Positions 14,850-29,429 are shown, numbered from the stretch's first letter. The stretch is DNA of 64,000 nt from the human T2T-CHM13v2.0 reference genome, Homo sapiens (GCF_009914755.1 NC_060933.1), one strand, 5' to 3'. Notes: generated by a model not told the origin, from the sequence alone. A program made the numbers and translations.

Positions 14850-16770
14850 AAAGAAATGACTATGTTCCAGTCTTTGGTCTATGTTCTGGAAACACATCCG
14901 AAAACTGTAGACTAGCACAGAGTGGTGGGAATGGTGAAAGTTAGATTCTAGACTTATTTTGAAGGTAGTTGTTAAAAGATTTATAACAGATAGATTGGAT
15001 ATGGGGGCCTAAGATAAGAGACAGAGCTTTAGTTTTGTACATGTTCATTTGAGATGTCTACCAGACTTCTAAATGTAGAGGAGTAGACATTTGCATAAAC
15101 ATGTATAGCTTTCAGAGGAATGTTTTAACTTGAGATATTAACATGGTAACTGTCAGTGTATAGGTGGAATGCAAAGTTCTTGGGTGGAATAAGCTCACCA
15201 AGAGAATTAATGTAGATAGAGAAGACCATAGACTACAGAGTGGGGAACTAGTGTTAAGAGACTGAAGAGAATGTGAAGCAAGCAATGAAGGAAAATGAAC
15301 ATCCATAAAACAGGGTATCCTGGAGACCAAATAAAGAAAAGAAGATGAAGTGCCACACTGTGTCAAACAGTGCTTATAGTTTAATAAAAGTCAAAGAGTG
15401 AGAAGTGGCAATTGGATTTAGCAATGTGGAGGTCACTAATGACCTCAGTCGGAAACATTTTTTGTGAACATGATGGAGAAAAAGAAATCTTTGTTGGGTA
15501 TGTTTAAGAGAAAAGAGAAAAATTAGGGGTGGTGACTACATATAGATCTTTATAGGGTTGTTTTCTCTAATGAGGAGAATATTAATGACACAATAATCTG
15601 GGGAAGTATGATTAAGAGAATGTTAATTTATCAAAGCCACATCTATACAGCATTTCTCCTTCCATCTATATTCATGTCTGCACACACAAATATACCCACT
15701 CTCATGTTTAAACATGTTTACATGTATAAATTGGAGAAAAAATCTATGCTAAATGAGATAATCTAGTAAGGAGAGGATGATGATGATGAGGGAAAGAAAG
15801 GGGAGGAATGTTGTTTCTACATCAATTACCTTGAATAGGTAAGAAGAGATGAAGCCTGCTCTTCAAATAACATTTTTTGCCATACAAAGAAGTTCTGATT
15901 TTTCTTTCATAACAACAGAAGTAAAGGGAGGGAATATGGAACAGAAGCAGGTATGTAGGTACACATAGTGACAGGTACTGTGGAAATTCTTATCTAATTG
16001 CTTAGAATTTTATCTGCAGTGCTGGATACAAAATCAAAAGCTGCATATGAAGATGAAAAAGCAGGTTCTGAAGTTGTGAAAAGAGAATAAAAAACATATC
16101 ATTGGGCATCTGAGTGTGTAGAAGAGTGCATGGGATAGAAAAATATAGGAGGTTTACATGACATCATCAGGAACTTATCTGAGACATGTTAACATGGGCT
16201 TAAAATGCATCATTTTGGCATGAATGTTTGGTTTCAGCCATGTTTAGCTGCTTCAGAATAGAAAAAATGTACACAATGAATTATAGCTTATCAGACTTAG
16301 TGCTTAGCCATACAATAAAAGGATAAAAGAGTGTGAAAGTGAGAATAATGGTAATCCATGGAATTTAGTCTCCTAGAGAAGATTTTGAGAAGGTACAGAA
16401 GGATGGAAATATAGTTAAGTCATTGTATCATTAAATTTTAAGTTGAACTATGGTTGAAGAATTGGTAGAATCTGAGTACTAGTGAGAGTGAACAGAAAAT
16501 TGGCAGACGGTAGCAATAAAATGGGTGATTTTGAGATTATGGAAGGTTTACAATTAGTGGTGCTAATGCAACTAGAATATGGCCAATACCAGAGGAAAGG
16601 AGTTTGAGACCTGACATGCCAAGTTGCCAGAAGAATCGCTTACTGTGTATTGAAATCATCTAGAATCAATAAAGGTGTAGATTAAAAAGAAGATTGAAAG
16701 CCGAGGGTGGCAGTTTAAGAAGGTGGATGACAGGGTGTTGATCTAAAAAATACATTAAGGAGAAGGAAGA
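14850..16770 (-). mobile_element. L2 (long purine-rich antisense remnant)
   Basis: ttttgaaggtag...agttttgtacatgttcatttgagatgtcta...ttggatttagcaatgtggaggtcactaatgacct, typical L2 antisense motifs. Confidence 0.7.
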
Positions 16771-16779
16771 ACACTTATC

Positions 16780-17220
16780 CCAACTCTAACCCAAGACATA
16801 CACTGGGATGAAATTTGGGTACCGATAGTTTTTATGTGAAGTGATCTCAAAAGCACAAGGAAGTGAGTGGGAAATGTCAGATAGGAAAAGAGAAAAGCCT
16901 CAGATTCTGCATCAATAAATGAAATACTGCTATTCAGTCTTGGGGATCCCTTAAAGAACTATGTAGAATTTGCCTGACAATTATTGCACCAAGAGGTGAG
17001 AAAACTCGGGCATTTATCCACTGAGTCTCATCTATCATTTGGTTGAAGGTTAGACCTTTTCTTATGGATAGAGCAAACCCTCAGACAGCATGGCAGTGAG
17101 ATGCAGTCACTCAAGATGGAAAGCGGTCAGAATCCCAGAAAATGTCCACCAAAGCAGTGATTAAAGCCAGATTTGGGCTGATGGCTTTAATCTGGAAATA
17201 TTCTGGATCAAACAGCAGAA
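16780..17220 (-). mobile_element. LTR16-family LTR (3' LTR of an ERVL provirus)
   Basis: gggaaatgtcagataggaaaagagaaa...gaggtgagaaaactcgggcatttatccactgagtctca...tttggttgaagg; similar to 20410-20882. Confidence 0.7.
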
Positions 17221-18350
17221 TTTTTTTAAAAAATCTCACAACTTACACCAAACTGATCTATTCCTACCACATGTTGGATCCACTCTGTTGACTTGATGCT
17301 CCAAGATAAAGGTCATCCACAATCTCTTAAAAAGACCTAAAATGTGAGGATAAATGGAATAAACTGCTGTTTCAGATGCTTCCTTCCCAAGACCAAAATT
17401 GATCTTCATCAATTTCCTTTTCTGTCACTCAATATGATTTTCTCTTTTATCTTTATATTGACCAATACAGTGATCCTAAAACTTATCCACAGAGGGTTAT
17501 AGCCCTGGTTAGTTTACACTAGTCATGCTATTATCCCCTTACTGCTGGAATGGACCAACAGGCATGAAAGCACTAAAAGAAACCCTAGCGAATCATCCAT
17601 GTTTCAAACATGTTCCTCTCTGCCCCCATTTCAGAGGACCAAACCACATCCTCATGATAACTGGGACAGTTACCCCGATCTGTATAGGGCTTTTACTAAA
17701 TTGATAAGGAATGCATTCATGGTGGCTCACTGTCTGTGTTGAGAAACTTGATTAATTGTGGGCTGTCCTTTGTAGGACTTGGCTCATATAGGAGACTTGT
17801 GGTTGAGGCTACTATTTGGTGAAGTTTATAGTAATATACTAACATCTGCCATTATTCATCTGGGTTTTGCGAAGGCCATTTCACTAAATTAAATGAATAT
17901 GGCATAGGCCCACTTTATATTCTTTAAGTCTTCTAGAGTAGCATCGATTTCTGAAATTTCAGCTGGGATCTTGAATTACTTCTGACTTACTTTCTTGGCC
18001 AGGGGTGGCAGATAATTTCAGGGGCTTCTACTTGGCCTTTTAGAGCATAATAATTTTTGCTCCCTACTTCGGCTGCTAAGTATATCTATCCCAATTATAA
18101 ACTCAAGGATGGGGAAATTACCATAAGGTGAGTTTGTATACCCAATGGAGTCATTGTGATATAGCCTGGGACCATGACTCCACTTATTACCTACCCTATA
18201 CCTACCATATACCATGATTTTAAAAGAGGACATTTTGAATCCCTTGGTATCACTATCAATTCGTAACACAGATTCTAAATATCTAGAAATATCTGAATAT
18301 TTTCATTCACTCCAAAATACAGTTACTCTAGTGTACTCTAGTGTAACAGG

Positions 18351-18576
18351 TAGTGATGGCCTGTTAAATGTTTAACAATCAGATTTTTGACAAAAAAAAT
18401 AAAACTTTGATTTATAGCATTTGCTAATTCCCATGGTATAAAAAGTTCCACCCCTGTGGAACTTTTATAAAGTTCTAATTAAATCTACCAACATCATGTC
18501 ATTAGACATAAAGTTAGGAGGAGATGGGCACAATTTGCTCTTAATGCTGGTACAAGCTGGCTCTAGCACAACACTG
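18351..18576 (-). mobile_element. MER63A-like hAT-Blackjack MITE inside the ERVL
   Basis: termini tagtgatggcctgttaaatgtttaacaa ... gctggctctagcacaacactg. Confidence 0.75.
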
Positions 18577-20118
18577 ATTATATGTTCCTTTGCAGAAGAA
18601 ATGGGGAATTATATTTATTGCATACATTTGCAGAGTATCATAGGCTTCTTTATCAAGGTCATTCTATCTTCCTTTCTACTGTCAGCCTCAGACCGAAAAC
18701 TTAATGTGACCATGATTTTTTCACTGCAGCAGCTGACATAGCTTTGTGATGATCAGCTCTTAACATTTTTTTGTTAGAAAATCAAGAAATATGTTTGTGA
18801 GCTTCCCATTTATATCAGTCCTAGAGACACCAGGATTTACTGGCCATTACCACAAATCTCTGGAGGTTCAAGGCCTTCTGAATGTTAACTTGACCTTACT
18901 TCCAATAATCTTTGTCTGGTGGTGCTACAACTTGGTCTTATATTTTCTAAAAGTCTACCACCTATTGACACAATGGATTCTACTTCCATAGCAGTATCCC
19001 TAATCAAAAATAGCCTACAGAATATGCCAACCAAAAAATAAAAAATAAAATAGAATTGAGCTTAACAATACTGTTATCATATCACCACTATAGCATTTTA
19101 TTTATTTGTTTCTTAAAGGGAGTGCCTTCGGCTCTCTTTGGGAACACAGTCACTCAGTGGCTTTTCTATTCTCACCTAATATATTCTGGCTAATATGTTC
19201 ACTGACATGAGCTTTCTGACTTCTTTCTCAATACTTTGCCTATGTAGTTCCTACATATCCATGTTATTTTCCATAAGCTATCAGCATGCCTAAGCATCAG
19301 TGATCCGTCCTTGCATCGTATTGACTGATTCTGTCTTGTCTAAGATATTAATTCCTCATCATGGAAAAATACCCATATCAATAAACTCAACTCTCCCTTA
19401 TCCAGCCTTCTAACCCACATTCAAGATTTACCTTCACATTTTCCCTACATCTTCTCAGTAGATATTAGCCGGGTCCTACTGTTTCTTTTTTTGCTGAATA
19501 ATCTATTTCCTCCAATATCTCCTCATATGGGCTATCTTAAGATATGATTCTAGTTACTAGTAGAGACATAATGAGAGAAGATGATGAAGCTTTTTGAAGA
19601 AAAGTGCTATCTTGGCAGAGATCTGTTTTAGGTTATGTCTACGCATGGTCTTAGACAATGAGAATCTACTCTTCTTTGGCAAGGGCAAAGAGGCTGTTTT
19701 CCAAACTGGAAAGTTCAGAAATTTAGAAATTTCACTTTCTTAGGGGCATTTACCCAGCTATATGATTTCTAAGTCTTTGAGTTTTACTCTTTACGGGGGC
19801 ACTTAATTAGCATAAGAGACCTAATGGGACTAAATAATCCGTCTCTTCTGTAGTTACTTACAGTAGCTGTATATCTAATATTGGACCTGATTTTCATCAT
19901 GGTCTGCCATCTGCCTGCTGGAGATAAGCAATTTCATGTTAGTTTCCTCCCTCATTACTTTCTTTAAGGAGCATTTTGACTTTTGAGAAAAGCATCAGCC
20001 CAGCTTCTCTGTTGATAATGAATTGGTCTCTTCGGAATTAAAAAATACTGTCATGGAGGTCTTTCCCTATTTCATAGGACACCCTGATTCGATCGTGATT
20101 AAACTAAGCCAGCAGAGG

Positions 20119-20151
20119 TTTTTTTGTTTTTTTTTTTTTTTTTTTTTTTTT
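20119..20151. repeat. poly(T) tract (T7GT25)
   Basis: read directly. Confidence 0.95.
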
Positions 20152-20409
20152 GGCCTTTAGGGCATTTACCAAAATTCTTCCAATTTTAGGACCTTATAAT
20201 TGCTATTGTCCCCATATCTTTTATGTGCCAGTCATTTCCCTTCCACTTGTATTTCACTTCAATTCACCACATGTGAAAGTCAGTAATTGTGTTGCTTCAA
20301 CATGACATGAGTTATCACCACCCCAAAGAGCAGCCATCAGCCCCTTGTTTTTATCTGGCTAGTGAATGTTCCTATTCCAGAATATCATCCTGAGGCTTAC
20401 TGTTTAGAC

Positions 20410-20882
20410 CCATCTCTGTCCCCCAAAGCAAATGCCAAGACAGGCTTAGGAGCAGGTAGTTCTTCAATACCTGAAAGTACTGAAAGGAGGGATGGGGATG
20501 TGAGATAGAAAAAGAGAAATAAACTATTCATCAATGAATACTACCCCTGCGGGCTACTGAATTCTTCTGGGTAACTTTGCTGAATGTGCTGCACAGTTGT
20601 CTTACCAAGGGGTGGAGAAACTGGGGTATTCATCAAACAACTCTCATCCTTCATTGGTTAAGGTTTACCACTGGATGCATCAATGTCCTGACATTTCCAC
20701 GATGCCCTGGCTGCAGGCTGAGAAAACTCCTGTGGCTCTGGATAAAGGCAGTCAGGAAACCAGAGAGATGCAGCATTTGAGGGAAGAAACAGCATCCTAA
20801 AAATTGTCCACCTCAATTGAAGATGAATTTAGTTGAGACAAAGAAAGCGACATGGCATGGGTGCATCAACAACTATCTGCAA
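20410..20882 (-). mobile_element. LTR16-family LTR (5' LTR of the ERVL provirus)
   Basis: ccccaaagcaaatgccaagacagg...ggggtggagaaactggggtattcatcaaacaactc...gcatcaacaactatctgcaa. Confidence 0.75.
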
Positions 20883-21418
20883 TAAGGATCTAATGAGATA
20901 AACTATGTTAAATCTTGGAGGAGTGTCTAGCACCTAATAAACACTATTATCACCATCATCAACCTCATCAACATGATTTTTTACTGTTACCTGTGCTTTT
21001 ACACTTTTACTCCTTTATTTTGACACAGACTCTAGAGTAAAATTTATTTTGTTTTCATCTATGTGACGGTGAGAATACTTAGCCCAATTTTGGTTTAATG
21101 CTTAGTAATCATCATTTACAAAAGTGAGTGTGTTGAAGGGAGCGGAATGAGGCAAAGACAACCAGCTTCTAGGACAATTGTAAGTTACAATCGTAACTTT
21201 GAGATTCTTAATAGTTTTCAAAAAAATGAAGACTGAGAAGTTAAAAAGGGAGGCAAAACTATATATATAAATGGAGGAAAATAAAGAAAGTTTGTATATG
21301 AAAAAGTTAAGTGATACAATTTATTTTTGAGTTACTTATTATCTGTGTCTCAGACTACATCCAGTAAGGATTTAATAATGTTGCTTATAATCAAAATCTC
21401 ATGAGGAATAAAATTGTT

Positions 21419-21470
21419 AACATTTATTATAGAAAACATTTATTATAGGAAAAAATTTATTATAGAAAAA
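21419..21470. repeat. 3 copies of a ~16-bp AT-rich tandem repeat (aacatttattataga)
   Basis: read directly. Confidence 0.8.
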
Positions 21471-21559
21471 AATGCATCCAAAAGGAAGAGCATATGAATA
21501 TATGAGAAATCTTAGGCTAATATAATTACTATTGTATAGTTTTTGCACTGGTTATCCAG

Positions 21560-23868
21560 TGATATGGCCTGGTTCTGTGTCCCCACCCAAACCTCATCTT
21601 GAATTGTAATCCAAATTGTAATTGAAATTGTAATTCCCACATGTTGGGGGAGAATACTCATGAAAGGTGATTAGATCACGGGGGCGGTTCTCCCATGCTG
21701 TTCTGATGGTGAATTCTCATGATATCAGTTGGTTTTATAAGGGGCCTTTCCCCACTTTGCTCAGCACTTCTCTCTCCTGCTGTCATGTGAAGAAGCACAT
21801 GTTTGATTCCCCTTCCACCATGATCGTAAGTTTCCTGAGGCCTCCCCAGCCGTGTGGAATTGTGAGCCAATTAAATCTGTTTCCTTTATAAATTACCCAG
21901 TCTTAGGGTATTTCTTCATAGCAACATGAAAACAAACTAATGTAGTAAGTTAGTACCAAGTAGTGGAGCACTGCTATAAAGATATCCAACAATGTGACAG
22001 CGACTTTGGAACCGGGTAATAGGCAGAGGCTGTAACATTTTGGCAGGCTCAGATGAAGACAGGAAAATGTGCGAAAGTTTGAAACTTCCTAGAGACTTGT
22101 TGAATGGCTTTCACAAAAATGCTGATAGTGATATGGACAATGAAGTCCATGCTGAGGTGGTCTCACATGGACATGAAGAACTTTTTGGGAACTGGAGTAA
22201 AGGTCACTCTTGCTATGCTTTAGTGAAGACACTGGTGGCATTTTGCCCCTGCCCTAGAGACCTGTGGAACTTAGAACTTGAGAGAGATGATTTAGGGTAT
22301 CTGGCAGAAGAAATTTCTAAGCAGTAAAGCATTCAACAGGTGACAGAACATGAAAGTTTGGAAAATGTACAGCCTGGCAATGTGGTAGAAAAGAAAAACC
22401 CATTTTCTGGGGAGAAATTCAAGCCGGCTACAGAAATTTGCATAAGTAATGAGGAGCCAAATGTTAATCACCAAGACAATTGGGAAAATGTTCCAGGGCA
22501 TGTCAGAGACTTTCATGGCAGCCCCTCCCATCACAGGTCCAAGGCCTAGGGGGAAAAAATGGTTTCTTTGGCCAGGTGCAGGACCCCTCTGCTGTGTGCA
22601 GCCTAGGGACTTGGTTCCTTGTGTTCCAGCAGCTCCAACTCTGGACAAAAGGGGCCAAGGTGTAGCTCATGCCATGGCCTCAGAGGGTGCAAGCCCAAAG
22701 CCTTGGCAGCTTCCATGTGGTGTTGGTCTCGCAGATGTGCAGAAGACAAAAATTGAGATTTGGGAACCTGTGCCTAGATTTCAGAGGATGTATGGAAACA
22801 CCTGGAAGTCCAGGCAGAGGTATGCTTGAGGGGTGGAACCCTCATAGATAACCTCTGCTAGGGCAGTGCAGAAAACAAATGTGGGGTTAGAGCCTCCCCA
22901 CAGAGTCCCCACTGGGGCACTGCTTTGTAGAGGTGTGAGAAGAGGGCCACCATCCTCCAGACCCCGGAATGGGAGATCCACTGACAGCTTGCACTGTGTG
23001 CCTGAAAAAAGTTACAGACACTCAACACCAGCCTGTGAAAGCAGGCAGGCAGGAGGGGGCTGTACCCTGCAAAGCCACAGGGAAACAGCTGCCCAAGGCC
23101 GTGGGAGGCCACCTCTCTTGCATCAGCATGACCTGGATGTGAGACATGGAATCAAAGGAGATCACTTTGGAACTTTAAGAATTAATGACTGCTCTATTGG
23201 ATTCTAGGCTTGCAGGGGCCTCTAGCCCCTTTGTTTCAGCCAGTTTTTCCATCTGGATTTTGTGCATTTATGCAATGCCTGTAGCTCCATTTTATCTTGA
23301 AAGTAACCAACATGCTTTCGATTTTACAGGCTTCTACACAGAAGGGACTTGCCTTGTCTCAGATGAAACTATGGACTTGGACTTTGGGGTTAATACTGAA
23401 ATGAGTTAAGACTTTGGGGAACAGTCAGGAAGGAACAGTCAGGAAGTCGTAATTGTGTTTGGAAATGTGAGAAAGATGAGATTTTGGAGGGGCCAGTGAC
23501 GGAATGATATGGTCTGGCTCTGTGTCCCCACCCAAATCTCCTCTTGAATTGTAGTCCCCATGTGTTGAGGAAGGCACCTTGTGGGAGGTGATTAGATCAT
23601 GGGGGTTATTCCCTAAGCTGTTCTCCTGATAGTGAGTGAGTTATCACGAGATCTGATGGTTTTAAAAGGCCTTTCTCCACTTTGCTCTGCACTTCTTTTT
23701 CCTACCTCTATGTGAAGAAGGATGTATTTACTTTCCCTCCTGCCATGATTGTAAGTTTCCTGAGGCCTCCCCAGACATGCAGAACTGTGAGTTAATTAGA
23801 CCTCTTTTCTTCATAAATTACCCAGTCTTGGGTATTTCTTCACAGCAGCATGAAAACGAACTAGTACA
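21560..23868 (+). mobile_element. Full-length THE1 (THE1C/D-like) MaLR: 5' LTR 21560-21944, internal 21945-23504, 3' LTR 23505-23868
   Basis: two tgatatgg...taca/tgta LTRs, a THE1-int body with broken ORF pieces (22040-23409), perfect 5-bp TSD TCCAG (21555-21559 / 23869-23873). Confidence 0.95.
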
Positions 23869-23924
23869 TCCAGTGACCAGGAAAACTAGGAATTGACTCG
23901 ATGGGATAGCAAGCTATTATTAAA

Positions 23925-24045
23925 AGAACCAAAGTATTGGGGGATCTTGGTTTGAGACCTAGGTTTCCATTGGTAAAAAGTGAGCTATTGGGTAAGTCAC
24001 TGTATCCCATCCAGCCTCATTTTTTCATATGTCATGAGGTTATTG
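23925..24045 (+). mobile_element. MIR fragment
   Basis: cttggtttgagacctagg...ttgggtaagtcact...agcctcattttttcat. Confidence 0.55.
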
Positions 24046-24048
24046 GAA

Positions 24049-24826
24049 TATCGATGAAAAGAGTTAAACTCTAAAATATTTTAAGAGATATTTATTCTGA
24101 GCCAAATGTGAGTGACAATGGTCCATGACACAGATTTTAGGAGGTCCTAAGAACATGTGCCCAAGGTCGTTGGGGTGCAGCTTGGTTTTATAGATTTTAA
24201 GGAGGCATGAGATATCAATTAAATACATTTAAGGAATACATTGGTTTGTTCCAGAAAGGCAGGACAACTTGAAGCAGGGGTAGGGGGAAAAGGAGGCTTC
24301 CAGGCTATAAAACATTTTCTGGTTGACAATTGGTTGAGTTTTTGTCTAAGGACCTGGGATCAATAGAAAGTAAATGTTCAGGTTAAGGTAAAAGATTGTG
24401 GAGACGAAGGTTCTTTTGAAGTCTCATAGCCGCTGCCCTTAGAAACAATAGATGAAAAATGTTTCCTATTCAGATCCTTTAAAGGGTGCTAGACTCTTAG
24501 TTAATCTATTCAGAATTGGAGGGGCCTGGAAGGAAAAGGTCTAGCTATGTTAATAGGGATTCCTTACAGATGTGAATTTTCTCCCACAAAGGACGGCTTG
24601 CAGGGCCATTTCAAAATGTGACAAAAAACATGTTTTGGAGGTAAGATATTTTGATTTTCTTCCTTGTCTCATAATGTTATGCCAGAGTCAGCCTTGAAAA
24701 ATAAGTCACAATATGTAGGGTTAAATGAAACCCATCTGATGAGAATTTGTGGTTTGTAGGTCATGACTCCCCAGACCATTTAGATAGGAATTTGGGCAAG
24801 ATACAAAAAAAAAAATTAGAGTTTAT
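24049..24826 (-). mobile_element. MER4E-like ERV1 solo LTR
   Basis: aaactctaaaatattttaagagatatttattctgagccaaat...catgactccccagaccatttagataggaatttgggcaagat matches the MER4E reverse strand. Confidence 0.85.
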
Positions 24827-25085
24827 ATTTTTTGGTAACTTATCACCCTTATTTCTCTAATAAAATATTAGCCAGATTATAATTTATCAAGGGTAAAAAT
24901 AGAGCTTGCAAGTTGAAGAGGACATAGGGTCCTTACATCTCTTTTACACGTTGTGACAATCTCAACATCATATCCAAAGATTCTCAGTTACAATAGCATT
25001 GGTCTTTATGATACAAAATTCCTTCATTAATGATGATAAATAATATATATTTATATATTTCTCACCATTGAGAAATATGTCCACA

Positions 25086-25401
25086 GCCAGGTATAGTGGC
25101 TCACGCCTGTTATCCCAACACTTCAGGAGGCCAAGGTGGGTGGATCACTTAGGATCAAAAGTTTGAGGCCATCCTGGCCAACATGCTGAAACCCCATCTG
25201 TACTAAAAATACAAAAAAAAAATATAGCCGAGCATGGTGGCAGGTGCCTGTAATCCCAGCTACTTAGGAGGCTGAGGCAGGAGAATCACTTGAACTCAGG
25301 AGACAGAGGTTGCAGTGAGCCGAGATGGTGCCACTGCACTCCAGTCTAGGTGACAGAACTGGACTCTGTCTAAAAAAAAAAAAAAAAAAAAAAAAGAGAG
25401 A
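25086..25401 (+). mobile_element. AluS (Sx/Sz-like)
   Basis: full dimer with A25 tail; perfect 16-bp TSD gagaaatatgtccaca (25070-25085 / 25402-25417). Confidence 0.95.
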
Positions 25402-26217
25402 GAGAAATATGTCCACAATATGTTATTTATTTATTTATCTTATCAGAAAATCAAGATACTGTTGTGTAAAACTCAAAACAAATGTCTTAGGTCTTATGCC
25501 AAGGGGTAAGTGTACAGTTGTGAAAGAGGCAGACACGCTTCTCATATTGTTGCGTCTCACCATAAAGACAAAATATTGGCCAAGTAATTCAAAGTGTTGT
25601 AAGAGCTAAAAATTATCATGGATACTCTTTACTATACTCTATCCAACATAGGCTACGAAAGAAAGATATGTACAATTTTAAGCAGAATAATTTTAAGTTC
25701 AGCACTGGTAGCTTTTTTTCCCCATAAGACAAAGCATAGCATTTTGTCAGTATAAAACGATTGCCCAGCAGAATTTCTAGAAGTATTCAGGGTGAAAATC
25801 AGTTCAGGTTAATGCCTACCATAATAAGTCAAGGTGTTCAGGGGTCAAGTAAGAAGACAAGTTTCTATCATTATAGTCTTTCCAAAGCTAAGCACCGTCT
25901 TTACCAGTTTAGCTCTAATAAACAGCACAGTGCCTGACACATGGGACCTAATAGGTTATGTCTGTTTCTGATTTTGGTTTCTTTAAATGAATAGTAGCTA
26001 TTTTGAGAAACTGCAACTTGTGAAAATTAGTATTGATGCAATTAAAAAATTATATGAGACTAGGAAAAGGAAGTAAAGATAGCATGTTTACACAAATGAG
26101 CATATGAAGAGCTCTGAATCTCCAAATCCTTGATGTAAGAAGAGTAAAGAGCTGCTAATATACAGTCATGTGATGTGATAGGATTATCAAAGATTTGAGT
26201 AACCAGAAATATTTATA

Positions 26218-27822
<1,605 letters not shown>

Positions 27823-27952
27823 TGTGTATGAGTGTATTTATAAATATATGCACACACATACATGCATGTATACAGGTATTGTGTATATATATATATACAG
27901 AGTATTATATATATAATACACTGTGTGTGTATACACACACACACACATATAC
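27823..27952. repeat. Low-complexity (TA/CA/TG)n
   Basis: read directly. Confidence 0.8.
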
Positions 27953-28479
27953 TCAAGGAACTCAAGGGCGGCTACACTCACTGTGATACAAACCCCTGAA
28001 ACTATTTTTTTAATGTACAGCACAAAATAATAAAAAAGAAAAAAAAGTGTGCACTCATATATAGCTAGATACCTAACTGCACACAGAAAGGCCAGGTATG
28101 TGGGCATTCATGATGGAGATGCTGAAGGAGTTTTGCCTCACTAATTTGCCCATTATTTCACAGACATTCATTGAGCACCTACTCCATGTTACACACTGGA
28201 AAGCAGTGGAGATTAAAACAGCAAGTGCCACCATCACCCCATTCTCAGTGCTGCTCTGCTGTTAGATGGAACCTTTATCAAGTGTCAGCAATGGGACCTG
28301 GCATTTATCAGGGTGGGTGCTGCGCTCTGCTCTGCTGACAGGGTAAATTCAATACATGTCATCCCCACTGTGCTAAGATGTTTTAATGGCTTGCTCTTTC
28401 TTCTTTCCATCACCCAGGCAACTTTGTCTTTCTTTTCTCTTCAGTCCCTTTCTCCCATCCCCCAATTGCTCCCCTTTCA

Positions 28480-28625
28480 CATTTTGGGTTCCCCTTTGCA
28501 CAAGTTGCCTATGTTTGTGACTTTGAAGGAGTCACTAATTCTCTCTGTTTCTGCATACCCATCCATGAAATGTGGTAATTGACTAAATTATCCCTGATGT
28601 CTTACGCAGCTCTTAGTGCTATGCT
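28480..28625 (+). mobile_element. MIR3-like
   Basis: tgtgactttgaaggagtcactaattctctctg...gactaaattatccctgatgtctt. Confidence 0.5.
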
Positions 28626-28630
28626 AGCAT

Positions 28631-29226
28631 TGTAGAATTCTGGTTTGAATTCTTCCTAAAAAGCAGAGCCTGAGACACGGGCCTTTGTGGAGGTAGTTTA
28701 TTTGGGGTCATTTGCTCCTGTGGTACATGATGGATGGCCTGAGAAATAAACCAGGGAAGGTTTATTTCCAAGCCACAGGCTTGGAGGATTAGTGAAGTGT
28801 AAATTGGGAAAGAAGAAAAGCAACCAATCCAAGGTTACTGAGCTGATTACAACTACAGAAAAACTGGAGCTTAATCCTGTTTGTGATATTTCAACAGCTG
28901 TATGGAATGTGCCTTAGAAATCTCTGAGATTGGAAAAAAGAGAATACTTACCTACTAGTTCCTGCCCATTGGTAAAGCATTGTTCCAGGAAATGTTAACA
29001 CCCTATCTGTTCCCAGTGTGTGCAGACATCAGAATGGCTGATCAAGCTCTTACGGTAGATCCATGTGATTGTGCCAGATAAGCCCTGGGAGAAAAAGCAA
29101 GATATATGCAGTGCAGCCGAGATCAGGTGCTATTAGGCTACACCTGAGTACAGCTGGTTGCTATAGCAAAGACTAGAGAAAAATTGGTAGAGTAAGAGAA
29201 TATGAAAGGAAAATATATGTGCAACA
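28631..29226 (-). mobile_element. ERVL solo LTR (LTR16/LTR33 family)
   Basis: aaaagcagagcctgagacacggg...aggtagtttatttgggg...aaactggagcttaatcctg. Confidence 0.65.
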
Positions 29227-29429
29227 AAGAAGCCATTGCATTCCTCAATGTTGTCTAATGCTGATATCAAGAATTTTTGTCAAATCAGCTTTACCAGGGC
29301 ACTGAACATATGGGGACTATGTCAGGAAATTTCGATATCCAACATTTCTACAAACGCACAGAATTGTTGTGGGCATGGGCTCCATTGCCCAACTTCTTCC
29401 CAGTTCCCACCTAGGTTCCTCATAACATT

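Larger units (their letters stand above)
17221..20409 (-). mobile_element. ERVL internal region (HERV16/ERV3-16A3-like), decayed and internally deleted
   Basis: minus-strand peptides: FPILEFIIGIDILS (protease); PLAKKVSQK*FKIPAEISEIDATLEDLK and SFNLVKWPSQNPDE*WQMLVYYYKLHQIV (RT N-terminus); NGGREEHV*NMDDSLGFLLVLSC (ERVL dUTPase-region motif). Confidence 0.8.

Noticed and set aside
15700-15724. CATGTTTAAACATG palindrome / p53-like half-sites
   Set aside because: Only one good half-site (AAACATGTTT); its partner has three mismatches; low-complexity context inside L2
20119-20151. Orphan poly(T) as a tail-only retroinsertion
   Set aside because: No TSD visible; slippage expansion is simpler
22040-23409. 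Dense cluster of ORFs (60-126 aa) on both strands
   Set aside because: Broken pieces of the THE1 internal ORF and their antisense shadows, not a host gene
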